64,000 nucleotides of DNA, taken from assembly GCA_037379345.1 (NCBI GenBank), contig CM074520.1:16409488-16473487 (forward strand), written 5' to 3'. Position 1 is the stretch's first letter; every line of letters starts with the position of its first letter. The position numbers were made by a program, and so were the translations under genes. The notes beneath the pieces are model-generated. The model was not told the origin of the DNA and ran no database searches. It worked only from the letters and a program-made list of their open reading frames with translations. This DNA comes from Perna viridis. Its lineage: Eukaryota. Positions 27,041 to 41,000 of this stretch are shown piece after piece.

Positions 27041-28134
27041 GAGCTTCTCTTGCTCTTAAGCTCACAGCAACTGCTTTTTGACTCAAAAGCATTATAAAGA
27101 TATAATCTATTATTTCCAGACAAAATTCCATGGATTCATAACAAGTTGACTAATTCTAAGCACTTGGAATTAGCAGAGATTTTTCATTATTTCTGTGTAG
27201 GAGCATAATTTGAATGTAATTTCAGGATGTTTATTTCTCAGCAATGAGAACCATGTGCTGAGGAGATTTTGAACCAACCACTTGTGAGAAAGTGTTGAAA
27301 GATTGATGAAAAAACAGTTGTTTCTCACTTGTTCTTTGTGCTTGTTTAGATATAATGGTTTTTCAGTATGCTGGGTTGTGTAGGTTATTCATGTGGGATT
27401 TCTGAACTTTTTAGATTTATGACCATGCGGATATGACAGGGATTGTAATTTATTACACAAGTTTTCCTCATTTTCTGCAAGTCTGTATTTTTGATAAGTG
27501 TAGAACTTTTGATCTGTAAATTAGAAAATTTTTCTAAATTTTCTGTAGTGTACTTTCTGACATAAACACAAATTAAGCATAATCAATTAGCATTGTTAGA
27601 AAGAAGTTGGCTTTGATATTGTGGATGTAATATTATTCTTTAAAAGGGTAAGATAATGGTACTGTTGTATGATAATTTACAGAACTCTGCTCTAATTACC
27701 CCAAACATCATTTTTGATTTAACTTGTGGCCAAATAATATAGGCATAGACAAAGGGTTTTAAATTTTTGTGGCTTGGTCAATTTTCATCAATTTCATGCT
27801 TTTCTTGTTGGTTTGAATGGTATTATGAATGGCATTCCTGAAATGCAATTGAATGTTTAATCTTAAGTATTTAGATATGTCTGTGTTTAAAGGTACATGC
27901 AGTAGGAGTTGTTTTGACTAATGCAATCAGCTCATAGTATAAGGTATTTGTATTTTGAGTTTTGGAAACAATTAACTATTTGATATTAAAGAGGAATTGG
28001 GATTATCCACATAAAGTCTTTTGTATTGTAATTTTGAACAATGATGGTGGTTTATTTCCATCTTACATTTTTCTTTTATTTAAAGGTGTCTTTGTAATGA
28101 ACTTTAGAGCTTTATTCTAGTACTGTATTTTATA

Positions 28135-28320
28135 AACTTATAAACCATTGGAATGTTTGTATTCTGCAGTTTACATCAATGTCATATAAACATCAAAGTA
28201 ACTTGGATTGATTTCATTCTGTTTCAAATGGAAGCTTGATAGGCTTTGGTGAAATTGAATATTGAATACAAACATAACACTGATTACATGAGTTATGTAC
28301 CTTACCCTAGGTCTAACTCC
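28135..28320 (-). mobile_element. Truncated inverted copy of the 7947-8158 Kolobok-like MITE
   Basis: Ends ...CCTTACCCTAGGTCTAACTCC|TTAA; body TTTCAAATGGAAGCTTGATAGGCTTTGGTGAAATTGAATA is the reverse complement of the first copy. Confidence 0.8.
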
Positions 28321-31300
28321 TTAAACACTTGTCTAACAAGCAGAAACATATGTATAGATGTTTTATTGCAATGCTCAATACATTTTGCGCAATAATTACT
28401 TCCTTGACTCGATGATATCCTTGTGCTGATGTTCTTCCCAATTTAGTCAAAGAGTGATATGAAGTATAGACAGATGGAGTCATACAATGATTGTTTAATT
28501 CTACAGGGTTTCAGAATTCAGTCATCATGACACAATTATATAAACCCTAACCTTTTTCGAAGATATATTACTTGGCTGAAAATCAAAAACAGCTGACTAA
28601 ATCAGCTTAACTTAAAACCTTATGTAACAATTCATTTGTTTTACAAGCCTCAATGAACTTATGACAGTTGTTGAAAACATTTCATATTTGTGAATAAGGA
28701 TGAGTAAAAATTGGTGACCGCAAGGCTCCCATTGTTGTGCTAAGAACAATAAGACTCCAAACACATCAGATAATAATGTATTGAATTCCTATATCTATTC
28801 TGTCCATAACAGTTTATGCTATGATAGGAACCCATTGTACAAGAAAAACAATTGATTTATACGATATATATCGTATTTCATATCTCACGATTGTTCATTT
28901 ATTGACACAGCAATTGATACCATATTAGTTAAGGTATGATATATATTTCTGTCATAAATCAAATTAATTGGCACCTTCAGTGAATGGGAGATGGCCAGCG
29001 CCTAAATATTGATGTCTGATTGTCACATTGTCGATTTCGAAATGTAGCGTAATGGTAATCAATGTGTAAAACTGCTAATATTGATAGATCCATGAAATGG
29101 TTATAATTTATTTGTTTTGTCTGTAATATCATTTTGTTTTTAAGTCAATAGGGATCAAGTTTTGTTTTTAACGACTATTTTTTTAAATACTGAGGTAGTC
29201 ATCTGGCTTTATTTATGAAATGGACATTTTTTTAAAACTGTGAGTGTAATGTTATTCCTGGATATCTAATTCATTAGTTAAGGGAAAAAAAACACCATTT
29301 AGTAGATTCTTGTTGATTTAAGAACTCTATATCTACAACTGAATGGGAAATTGACATTTTGTTGGGAACCAAATTTTGTGGTTTGCCAATCCAATGAAAA
29401 CCATGAAAATTGGTACCCAATGGACAATTATACTTCATCAATAGTATTTTATTCAGTTTATTTATTATTATTATTATTATTTTTTTTGAAAAACATGTAA
29501 AGGCAAAGTTATTAATTTTTATCAATTCTTCAATTCAGATTTTTGCTATTGTACGCATTGTTTATAAATTAAAGAGTAGGATGATCCCCATTTTATATAT
29601 TATAGTTTAAGTGTGTAATTATTGTTGACTTTTCACTATGGCTGTATTTTATTTTTATATGGCTACAAATTGATGAATTCCTTAATTATACTTCTTCAAC
29701 ATGGACAATAGCCGGGGATGTAAATTAGAAATGAACTTTTTTAGCCATGTCAACTTCTTTACACTGGCTAATTCATTATGTTTTGTATTTTCAGACACTT
29801 TGCCCTCTGAACTGAATAGATTGGTTTGAGGACAAAGCAAATTAACGGATGCCCACTGCGTGTGTCCATTGACATTAATCATGTGAGAGAAAGCCTTCTG
29901 CGGATACTGTGATCTGGTGTGTGTGTGTGTGATACCAGTTTAGTCTAATTACTGTTTCGGAAACTTATAACTGTGTCATGTGTGTCATTATTTAGTAATA
30001 AGGGACAGGTTGTCGGAGGAAATTAGAGAGTGAAAGTTACTAGGAGATATTAGTGACACTGTTCCGTGGATTTAAATGACTTTTTGTTGGGATGATAATT
30101 GATGGTGAGTATCTGTATCTCTTCCTCTTCAAGTATTTAGTCAGCTTTGATTGATAAAACACTATTCTTAAAAAAAATGACAGAATTAAGCTTCTGAAAT
30201 TCACATGATTCAGGTTGCTCTCAACTTCAGATAAAAGAAAAAAAAATTGTTAACATGCCAAACATTTCAAATATATACTTTGATAAATAATGTTTTTACA
30301 GTTGGCATTTATTGTACAACATTTATAGTGGATGTTGTTATATAATGTTTTTTTGATAATTTTGATGAATGAGGTTAAGATTCACATGAAGAAATGGTTG
30401 GATTGACATACACACTTTAAAATAGAAATGATACACATTTTCATCAATTAGTGTTTTAGTATTGTGCAACTGAGAATATTACAGTAAATGTACCAATTTT
30501 GGTATTTTGTGAAGAGTGGCCTCTGGCCGGATTTGCTATTATTCTGCTACTCATTTATAAAACATATTCAAGTTTGCCAGTCCAAGATGCTGCACATATT
30601 TTCCCATTTTGTGTATTTTGAATAAGCAATTCTGCAGAAACTAAAAAAAAAATTCTAAAACCAAAAAGAAAAGAACATAAAGGGACAATATATGAAAAAC
30701 CATTGTACAACACAATAGCACCAGATAAATATGTCTAGTAACAGCATAATCCCCACTAAAATAAAGGGGAAACTTAGATGCTTCTGGTGGTTGAGAAGCT
30801 TGTTTTTATCAGAGGCTGCTGTCATGGCTGTTATAAGGCTCTAGTTTAGTTTGTGCTGAATATCATGCACCTATTTCTGGATATCTTAGGATGTAAATAT
30901 TAAAATGAGATTAATCTTGGTCTGTTTTGTTATGCTGTGAACATTACCACTACTGGTGTGAATCTCAGTTTGACATCCTAATAGATGAACATAATCTTGA
31001 AATCTTCCTGGGAAAAATATTTATCAAATTCATTCATAAAGAGGATTGTTGATGCTTTGATACTTACCATGTTTATTATGTCATATTTTTATGTTTATCT
31101 GCATTGAAGCTGAAAGAAGCTTAATTTGTGACACTAATGGGTCAAAGGTCAAGGCCATCATAACAGGAAGAATCATGAAGGCCCTGAAAAATTAATCTGT
31201 AGGTGTAGGTCAATTTTGATTTTCTGTTTAATTTAAAAGATTTTGCAATGTGTACAATGCAAAACGTAATTTCAGTAAAATAATTTAAAAGTATTAAAAT

Positions 31301-34300
31301 CTTGGATTAATTTTGAGACTGTATTATTTTAGTCCACTTTTAAGGGCAGTTGAAAATTAGCAAATTATGTTCAAACATACTTTGATACCATTTTAATTGA
31401 AAACTACATGTATCAGAAACTTTTTAAAAAATGTAAAACTTAAGACAGCAGTTGTTTATTTAAAAATGGTCAATATACATCTTTTAAATACATGTACCTG
31501 CACAAAAAAGTAATAAAAAAAATGTAGTCATCTTTCCTGCTACCAGCAAGAAAAATATGGGGTAGGTAGGTAGGAAAATTATTTTATTTTTCAAAAGCAT
31601 TTTACATTGAGTTAATGTAGAAGCAGTCTAGACTTTCATAGTTCTTGAGCCACATTGGTCATAAAATGTTTAGGGTAGACACAAAAAACTTGGGTAGGTA
31701 GGGTAGCAGGAAACATACTTATTATTTTGTTTGCCTGATATACTTGTGTATTCGCCCCCATTCCCCCCTCCCCCCCCCAAAAAAAAAACAAAAAAATGAA
31801 TTGAGCTGTATTCTAGTATAAGTAGGTCATGAGAGGCTTTGATTGATTGTCAACCCAGATTAACTTTGCCATCATGACCATCCTAAAGCCAAAGTCTATT
31901 TGTCCTTTGAACTTAGTAATATAAACACTATCGTGACACCTTTCCCTTTGCTAACTATCTCCTTTGGTTAAATTTTATACCATTCACTTCCACTTAACAC
32001 GGTTTTTACACAGTGTGGTTATGATTCTGTATGATAGTTTGATCCCTTTATCTTTAAGGAATATGATACAATAAGCATTTGTTATGAAAAGGGGTGGATC
32101 ATTTTTTTTTCAAATATTTATTCCTATATAAGCCTCTTGTTATTGTTTTTCTAAGCTTTGGACCAGCCTAAAACAAAATAAAATATCTTCATGACAAGCA
32201 TTATGGTAAAGTATTAAATTCATTGACTGTAAGACCTGTAGGTTATTTATCTTAGGACTTTATCTGTTTCTTAAAAGACCTCCAGAACAACTGAATTCTA
32301 GATATTTCTACATGTTGAAGGTCTATGTATTTCAAGGTTAAGTCCAAAGAAGTTAGTAAGTAAATTCTAGACTATTGTATGAAATATTTTTACATGTTGA
32401 ACATCTATGAATGTTAAAAGTCCGAGGTTGAGAAGTAAAGAAATATAGTACATCTAGAAGGTAGGCTGTGAAAAATATAAACAACACCTAAAAAAGATTA
32501 AGTTTTTGTAACTAGATGCATAAGAACATTTACATTTACAAAGAGACATACATACAAGTACTTTGACTGGGCCTATGCTTTTGTTTGATCTTGTGGAAGC
32601 TATAACGATTGAAAAAGGGGTATACTAGATTTAAATAAAATGAAAAGCTGTCTCTTTAGTTTAGAACTTTTGATGATTTATCTGGTATAGAAACTTGATT
32701 TGGAAGTTGAATATGTTCAATCTTTTCTGGATAACACAATCATATACATATAGGTCAAGAAATGTTAATTCTCTATTGGAAATAGTACTTGAAATTTGAT
32801 TTTTTTTTCATGATGATACTGATATAATTACAGTTTTCAGCTCTTGCAAAATGTCTGCTCTGTAACCTGAAAAGAATTTGAAACCCTGCCGACACATTGT
32901 GTATCAAGAACAATAAGTAAATATCCTGTGAAACATTATGGTAGCTACCAACAGCCATGCCAATTGTAATGAAAATCTGATCAATAGAACACCTGGTCTA
33001 ATTTACAATAATGTCAAATGGTCATTCCAAACCAGCTTCCATTGACCAAGGTGATAATAGAGGAAATCAAACAAAATTAAACACTGTACAAATATGAGTG
33101 TTAAATGACCGGCTAATGGGTCTTTGGTTTATGAAAATTGACCATGAAAGTAAACTTTAAAGTAGTTTTTCTGACTGAAGTGGTCAGAATTTACATTTCC
33201 CAAGATTTCAAGTGTTTCCGATAAGTTTTTGGCTTAGGGAGGTACAATCTTCACTATACAAACAAACCCTGTTATAATATTCCCTGCAAAAACTTTCTTG
33301 CCAAAACAATTTTAACTGGATTAATTTATTTTATTTTCCGTCCATTGGAAGTTTTATCGTTGTTGGTCATTATGTCAGAAGAACCTGATTATACATGTAC
33401 TTAGTAGCTTCTTGGTTTGTAGTATAATGTTTTAATACTTGTGCATCATGGGTGCATCATCATATTTATATGATATTACTAGTATTCAGATAATATATAG
33501 CTTTTAAATGGGCAAATAGTAAGTTGAAACTTCCGCAAAATAGTTAGCCTGAAGCTGGTGTTGTTGAATTTACTCCTTTGTATAGTTTCAGGGGTTTCAT
33601 TATTTTTTTTGCAATGCAGGTAACTTTGGTTTTGTAGGGGGTATTTTTCATCATTTTGTTTAATAAAAATGTATGAAATTTTAAAATTCTGGAGGTAGCT
33701 TTCAGTAGTTCTGAAGGGTAAAAGTACCCCTACCCCCTCTTAATGAAAGGCCTTTAGTTTATATTTAACATAGGACATTGATGTTTTGTATTAAAATTTT
33801 TCCGAAAATTGCAAATCCAATCAGAATAATGCTTGACCAATGTAAGTTTCTGAATTTGCAGTAATATAAAAAAGAATCATTGTAAAATCAAAATTATTGA
33901 TAACTTGCTTCATTGCAAATGTTTTTTCATGGGAGTATCCCAATTCAGTATTTTGATTTTTGTCTAGGCATGGGAAAATTGCCAGACAATTACATCAGCT
34001 TAACAAAGTCTTGATTTCTAAACCAGAAATCATTGACAGAGTTCATTAACGCTATGTCAGTTTTGAAAGTTAATTGCAGAGTGCTATTTTCGGATCCATT
34101 ACCACTTATTCTTTGAATCTTGTTAATTCTAGCAATGCATGAAAGGGGAGGACTTGTTTATCCTCTTGTGTGTGCATGACCTATGTTTAATTAGCATATA
34201 ATTGTTAGGTCACAATTGTTCACAGCTGCAATGGAAGCATAGTGTGTAAATTGACTGTTTTGCACTTGTAACAATGAAAATGCATTGTCAAACAAAACAT

Positions 34301-37300
34301 TTTACTGATTGTCTCAGACCCTGAACCTAGACCTTTTTCTCGCACTATAAAAATTAAAAGGGTTTCAGGTCAGTCACAACCTGGAAAAAAAAATTCTCTG
34401 ATGTTTAGCATTTTTAGACAACCTACAGATAGCAGTTTCTTGATACTAATTCAGATACTTTGTATAAAAGTTCCATATCTCAATTTCAAATTTGCAATAT
34501 ATTTTTGTTTGTGGTTGTTCATTTCAGCCTCAAATGGTACTGAGCCAAGCTACTTAGTATTTCTTCCCAAGCTAAGTAAAGATGTCTGAGGTTATAATAT
34601 GGAATGTCATTTCAGACTGATAGGAAACCACTTCCTGCCTTTTGTCTTTGTTTGTTTTTATTTGTTATGTCTCTTTATCTAAACTTTATCACACTTTTTT
34701 CTGAAACTACTTATGACATCCTCATTACAGGCTGTACATGGCGCCTGGTTTTTACTAGAATACCTATGTATTGGCAGTTTGACCTGTATTTTCTTTTGGT
34801 ACTGGAAAATGCTTTTTCTAAATGCTGAGTATGATAGTTGCCAAAAAACAATCAGAAATTGCATTTAGCTGTTTTCATGTAAATAAGCAAAAATTGAAAA
34901 ACATGTTTCCTCGTTATATTATTTATAGATGTCAGGTTCATCCCAGGTTAAAACTTTGATACTTTGAAGTTCATTTTATATATCTTGGATGAATTAGTAA
35001 GATGATCATCAGTGTTTTGATCTTACACGTTATAATATAATATTCTTATGAAGATTCTGTGATAAGTTGTACTACAAAGTACAACTGAACTGTCCTTAGA
35101 AATTGAAAGTTATGGCAAAGTCTTCCAGATTCACTATTATTATTACTTCTGAATTTTGACATTTCTATCAAGGACCCTTATGTTTTATACCTATCTTCTG
35201 TTACAATCACAATAATCAATTTGGAATCTTGGTCTCATGGGTCAATGATCTTCCAGTTTCATCAACAATGGGTGTAACAGAAAATTATATCAAAAAAATC
35301 TTCATGCTGTATTGCAAACTATGGAGTTTAATGAGTCATTCTTGGTATAATTGGCCATCAAATTTATGGTAATATTTAATTTCAAAATTGTGGTCTTCTA
35401 AAATGATCCCTGCAGATTTGCACTTCAGGCTTTTAACTTTGACAATGCTGGCTTATCCAATGTCAAGATCTAGAGAGACATCCTCATTTACAAGGCAGGC
35501 ACTTGCATGATTCATATTGAAGGAGAAGGAGTAATAATAACGGTGCAAACAAAGGGAAATGTTTGGACAATACAACACAGGAAACTCTAAAAGGAAGAGT
35601 AACTCACCAAGAACAGACCATACAACGGGAAAGACTAAAAAAGTACACACAGAAAACAAACAGTGTGAACCACACTAAAACTGAGGTGAAACTCAGGGGC
35701 TTGGATGGATGAACAGTTCCTGTTTTGTGGGAGACACTCAATTTGCTTTTTGTAGCTCAGTCCAGTGAGGAAAATGGACATCAATGATGGTTCAGGTCTT
35801 ATTGCAGTACAGAAATTGTTAATATATTAGCAGCTTTTGAAACACCAATGCAACTGATTGCAGCTGTAAACCAGCAATACCAAATCTCTTGTATGTGCGA
35901 GGTGAAAGGGAAGTCTTTGATTGATATGTTCTGCACCTGGAGGCATAGGTGGATATATAGTGGAGATGGCAATGTGTATCTGCACAAATAGATAAAGCTA
36001 GAAAAAGTGGTAAAATTTATAGGTATTTTTTAAAACTTCAGGTGTACATGCGAAGTGGTTTTTCTATTTTTTTTTATTGTACATAACACTCAAGATATTT
36101 CTATGATGTATTAAAATTACAAATAATGTAGGAGTCGTCATTAGATTATTATGTAAGAAAAATACATCAAAGTACCAAAATAACTGCTCATTCTTAAAAT
36201 TTGCAGGAATTCAAGATGATGACTATCTCTAGAATTACAAATATTAAGTGCAGAATATTATTTTTAGAACTCTTTGATATGAAGATAGGATTCTTCAATT
36301 ATTGCAACCTTTGCCAATTGTTTGAAGATTTATGATAGCAGATTTTGCTTTCAGTTAAGTTGGAAATGGTGCATGATGGTCATAACTCTACTTCCTGTTT
36401 GGCTTTGGTTCAGTATTTCTGTATTGGAGAATTACTAAACAATACTATTAATGACAACGCCTGTTGATTGTCGTAAGAATTTCTCAGAGATTCTTGGTAA
36501 TAGCAGAGAGTTTCAGTTGTTATGTTTGCATAAGTGATTCTGAATTAGATTTAAGTTTTTTGCCTGTATCTGTTTGGATGAAAGGGTCTTTGGCAGTTCA
36601 AGTTACTTGAGTTTGTATAAATTGTGGGCAGTTGACACTTACTGTAACCATGAAAAGTTCAGATCTTCCATATTGAAAGTGATTTTTAAGTGCTGACCTG
36701 TTTATGATTTGAAAGTGATTTGAAATAAATTACCTGCATAAGAATGGAACTACTTATGTCATATCATTACAAAAGTTCAATGGTATTTCCCTTAGTATTT
36801 AGGGTTTGAAATTAGCAGGGATTCACTCACCAATGGTCCCTAAAATTTGGTGTGGGCTACTACATTTTCTATTGTCATTATAAAGAATTATACATATTGG
36901 CTACCATAATTTTATGTTAAAACCCTTGTATTGACAAATGTTTGTGTAACTGCAGGTATGATAAGGATGTACAATGGAGAAAAAAAACTTCATAAAGAGC
37001 TTGGCACATAGCAGTCCTAGTTTGTGTGGTCCTCTTTCTTTTGTTTCATGAATGTGTATCATTTCTTCAAATGGTATTTTGTAATTGTTGTTATAAATCA
37101 AAATTACACAATTGAACAATGTAAACAAAGGAAATCTGGAGGAACATCCATCAACATTAACCTTATAGGGCTAAAGGTGAACATAGAAGATTGATGCCGT
37201 CTTAGAGAATGTCTCCTAAGTTGTGAACATTGTTTTCAGAAATTTCTATGTATTGCTGGAATGTATCACATAAAATGAGGTCTGTTGTGTAGAATTATTT

Positions 37301-38630
37301 TACTGTCTCTGATAATAAAGTCCTTGCTTTGCCCTTTAAATGTTTTGCATGGAAAAGGGATGGAGGGATTTGGTAATGGTATCTGTCCATTTATAAGGTT
37401 TTGTTTGAGTTTTAAAATCTATGATTGTGGAAGCTGTTGTAAATGATTTATATTGGTACATGTATTCCTAATATTCTGCTGTAAAAATGTACTATTCATG
37501 ACTAATAGGACTAAGAGGTTGATCGTGGTGACAGTAAAGTTTGTTTTCTTCCTGAAAATTGCTTGGTTTGCATATTGGTTATAGACATTTATAAAACTTT
37601 ACCCTATAAAACCTGCATATATATTCTGAAAATGAGACGAACAAATTATACCAATGTACCTATTGCTCCTGACTAATGCAATTACAGAACAGATCTTAGG
37701 TGAAAGAAAGGAATAAATTCCAAATGAAGGATTTATGCAATTTTCATGTTAAAAATACTATTTGATGTAAAAAGGTGTATAACTTAGGATGCTACAAGAT
37801 AAGATTTTACAGAGCTGGAATCACAAATGCTTGCGTGGATAAAGGCATATACAGTTTCTTGTCAAAAGTGATTTTGACAAATCTGGATACATTAGTCATT
37901 ACTATTGAAAATGATACTTTTACTTAAATCCAACATTAAAAAAAGAAAAATGAACATGATCATTCTAATTTGTATTTTTTTTGAAAAGATGAAAAATAGT
38001 TGTGTCCTTTTTTCCCTTGACATGAAATTTATCAATGACAGCTTGTAACGGAAATAGCCCTGTCAACTAACGACATTCTATGTCCCAGGACCAACCTTGT
38101 ACATAGGCTTTGTGTTATAGGTTAAAAGAGGACTTTGTAGTAATATGATTTTAGGGTTTGGTTATATAATCTTCAGTTTTACTGTAATTTTGAGAAGGTA
38201 CTGATATCAGTGGTTTGTATGACTAAGAAAGAATAGGATATCTAATTTGGCTATTTAAAATTTTTTCCCCCTGTAATATCTCAAAATCTAAAATCTATGC
38301 TACCTCTTTAAGAACAGGTGCTCAAGTCAGATGGTAGCTCATTATTTCAAATTAATTGAGAGTAAGCTAGAGGGCAGACATTTGAAGAGCATTTGAATTT
38401 GATAGTTATTGTGCATCCTGAACATAATTTTTTCTATCCAACTCTCTCTTTATTTCTTTGGGTCAGGTTTATGTTGAAGATTTTCATATATGGAGATGGG
38501 ATTCCTATCATCATGAAAGTAGATATTCTCTTTGTCGTATGAATTTCTATAAAATATGAGCTTTTCTATATTACTAATTGGAAAGTGCTAATTAATACAT
38601 TTTTCCAGATCAAAACCTGCCTTTTCATAG

Positions 38631-38806
38631 AAGCATGCTCACCTTGTTGGATAGGAGGGGTTGTGGGATGGATCCTTTGACTAAGTCATACCTTAATTGA
38701 TGAAAAAAATTAGTAGTCATTGCTGCTCCACCATACATGCAACGTATTAGCTATAGGGGCACACTGGTTGACTTGGAGTAGAATTGTGTCTTATTGAGTT
38801 GACATA
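38631..38806 (+). mobile_element. Decayed tRNA-headed V-domain-type SINE remnant
   Basis: AGCATGCTCACCTTG..GTTGTGGGATGGATCC (decayed head and B-box region), then ATTAGTAGTCATTGCTGCTCC...ACTGGTTGACTTGGAGTAGAATTGTGTC, resembling the mollusc V-SINE consensus as I recall it. Confidence 0.5.
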
Positions 38807-38822
38807 TAAAGATAACAGTTAT

Positions 38823-39330
38823 TCCCTGTGCAGGTCCGGGTGTTAAAAGAATAGGCCTGCAGCAGTGCTAAGCTTGTTGTATAAGGCGACTAAATAGTGC
38901 TCAGAAAGCTAGCCAGGGGCTAGGCACTCTGCCCACAGAGCAACTGGGATGTGTGCCCCAGGTGGTGGAATTGGGTACCCCTGGCGTGTTACATGCTGCG
39001 GTTGTCAGGCTATAATACAGAAAACCTGACCGCAACCATAGTGATGCACCGTGTTGGGAAAGATGCCACGTTCCTCGCACGTTAAAGAACCCTGCTGTGG
39101 TATTCGATAGGAGTAGGAACCTTTGTGCTCCGCCACAGGAGGCTAAATTGCCCGACGTTACCCATCCCCCCTTTTTCCAGTGGCAATCAAAATTTGTCAA
39201 CCCTATTATCCTTGTGACCCATCCTTTTCTTTTTCATTTCATGTTCATTTTATCATCCATTTCATGTTCATTGTCTGAATATAGCTGAAATATTGCTGCT
39301 CGGACGTTAAACCCTAACAAACAAACAAAC
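38823..39330 (+). mobile_element. Intact 508-bp SINE-like non-autonomous retroposon
   Basis: Perfect 14-bp TSD AAGATAACAGTTAT (38809-38822 and 39331-39344); (AAAC)n tail after GGACGTTAAACCC; GC- and CpG-rich relative to flanks; Meta-domain-like GCACGTTAAAGAACCC at ~39077-39092. Confidence 0.9.
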
Positions 39331-39388
39331 AAGATAACAGTTATAGTGAATATGTCAAAGAGACAACAGCCTCATCAGGATGAAAATG

Positions 39389-39518
39389 CAGTTTTCACGG
39401 TTAAGGAGTAGTTCAAGGCCCAATGATTGTCAAAATGGAGGTGGGCCTGTAAAATTAACTATTACAGGCCAAAAGTCACTGTATAAAAATTTCTGAAAAA
39501 ATGTATTTGTGAAGACTG
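39389..39518. mobile_element. 130-bp TIR insertion (hAT-like CAG...CTG ends)
   Basis: CAGTTTTCAC ... GTGAAGACTG; interrupts a repeat that is uninterrupted at ~17615. TSD is only imperfect (GAAAATG/GAAATG). Confidence 0.5.
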
Positions 39519-40940
39519 GAAATGTCAGCCCAAGTCTACCTATTGGTCTTCATTGAATGACAAGGAAACCCTCACACCACAAAAAGGCTGCAGCTGGCCC
39601 CAAAACATCATTACACACAGGTACAGGAAAAGAGTTGTCCCTGTACATGTATACTCAAGTAACATAAAAACAAACTAAACGTGAAAAGGAACAAGACTTA
39701 CAGAGTCCCTGGAATCATATGCCTGCTTGTGGGCTATCCGCCTCAGTGAGCTAGCTTGCAATTAAATCTTCTGGCTTAGCATGTCTTACTAACACAAAGC
39801 TAGATATTTCTAAGTGATCAAACATTTTTTCATGAAATATCTGCCATAGAACATCAAACTACAATCAATCATTCAATCAAGTCTTCTTGTAAACTAAAAT
39901 CTAATCTTAACAAGTCTTTCTGTGTTAATATTTTACAATCTTTATTGTTAATTATTCACTATCCACATGCTGTGATTGATTGTGAATGGATATTTGATAG
40001 TAATTATATTAATTTAAAAGAATACATATACTTATGTATTACAGAGATACAAATCTTAATGCTATATCTTTCTACTGAAATAAAATATTTTTGCATTATC
40101 ATTGGTAGCTGTTTATTTTGTGGGAAATGACCACTAAATCAAGATATATAGTGATAAGATAAGTTTATTACTACTTTATGGTCATTTAGGATATAAAACA
40201 ATGATTAACTAGATAATATAGACGTATTAGTGGTTGTTTCAGTCATTAAGCTGTGCTTTTATTGAGATAACTACTGGACACTGTGGGATTCTGGTATTTT
40301 CATAGGTGTTTCACTGGCAATTGAAACAATTTTCATTCATTGAACTATAATGGTGATAGTATTTTGCCACTGAATTAAATTTTTGTCCATTTTGTTTGGT
40401 AATTGCCTTCTTTGTATTTATCAGTCTTTGATTTTGTCTTATTTTGAATGGAAAAATTAATGGAATCAAAAATGATCAAATGAATTCCAATAATGACAAT
40501 GACAAGGAGGAAAGTGACTAGATTCATAGAGTGTACAGCTATCACATCTCTGATTTTTTTTTCAGCAACTGCTTAACATAAAATAACAGCTTTAATACAC
40601 CTTATTATATTAGTTTTTTTAGCAGGCTCTTTAGGTACTTCTGTGAAGTAGGTACAATACTTTCCTGTAAACATTGGTTGAAAACCACAGTTTTTATGAG
40701 AGTGTAGCATCTACCATGTAGAAGTACTAACTGTGCCTGCTCAGAAAATTATCGTAAAAGTATCTGTTGCTACGTTTATAATGCTTCTTTGTTGGACTCT
40801 ATTGTAGAGTTATTTACTCATTAATAAATTTATTACTTTAAGAGTGTCTAGTGACTTGGCAGTTAAATGCAGTGTCTTATTTTTAAGAATTTTCCCCTTT
40901 TTTTCAGAATTTTCTTAAGAGGATGTGAAGTGAAAATGAA

Positions 40941-41000
40941 ATGGACATCCAGGCCACAGATGAATATAAAGCTCTGGAAATCTACCTACGAAAGGCACAG
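40941..41000 (+). CDS. First coding exon of an unidentified large gene (exon 40908-41000; MDIQATDEYKALEIYLRKAQ)
   Basis: Acceptor TTTCCCCTTTTTTTCAG ends at 40907; in-frame upstream TGA; GAAATGG start context; CAG|GTATCT donor in phase 0, joining in frame to 41733. Confidence 0.75.

Noticed and set aside
38955-38980. tRNA-Leu-like 5' segment GCCCCAGGTGGTGGAATTGGGTA
   Set aside because: No anticodon arm, T-arm or B-box follows; it is internal to the retroposon.
38901-39288. ORFs within the retroposon (99 aa minus strand, 63 aa plus strand)
   Set aside because: Explained by higher GC content; no RT or endonuclease motifs.
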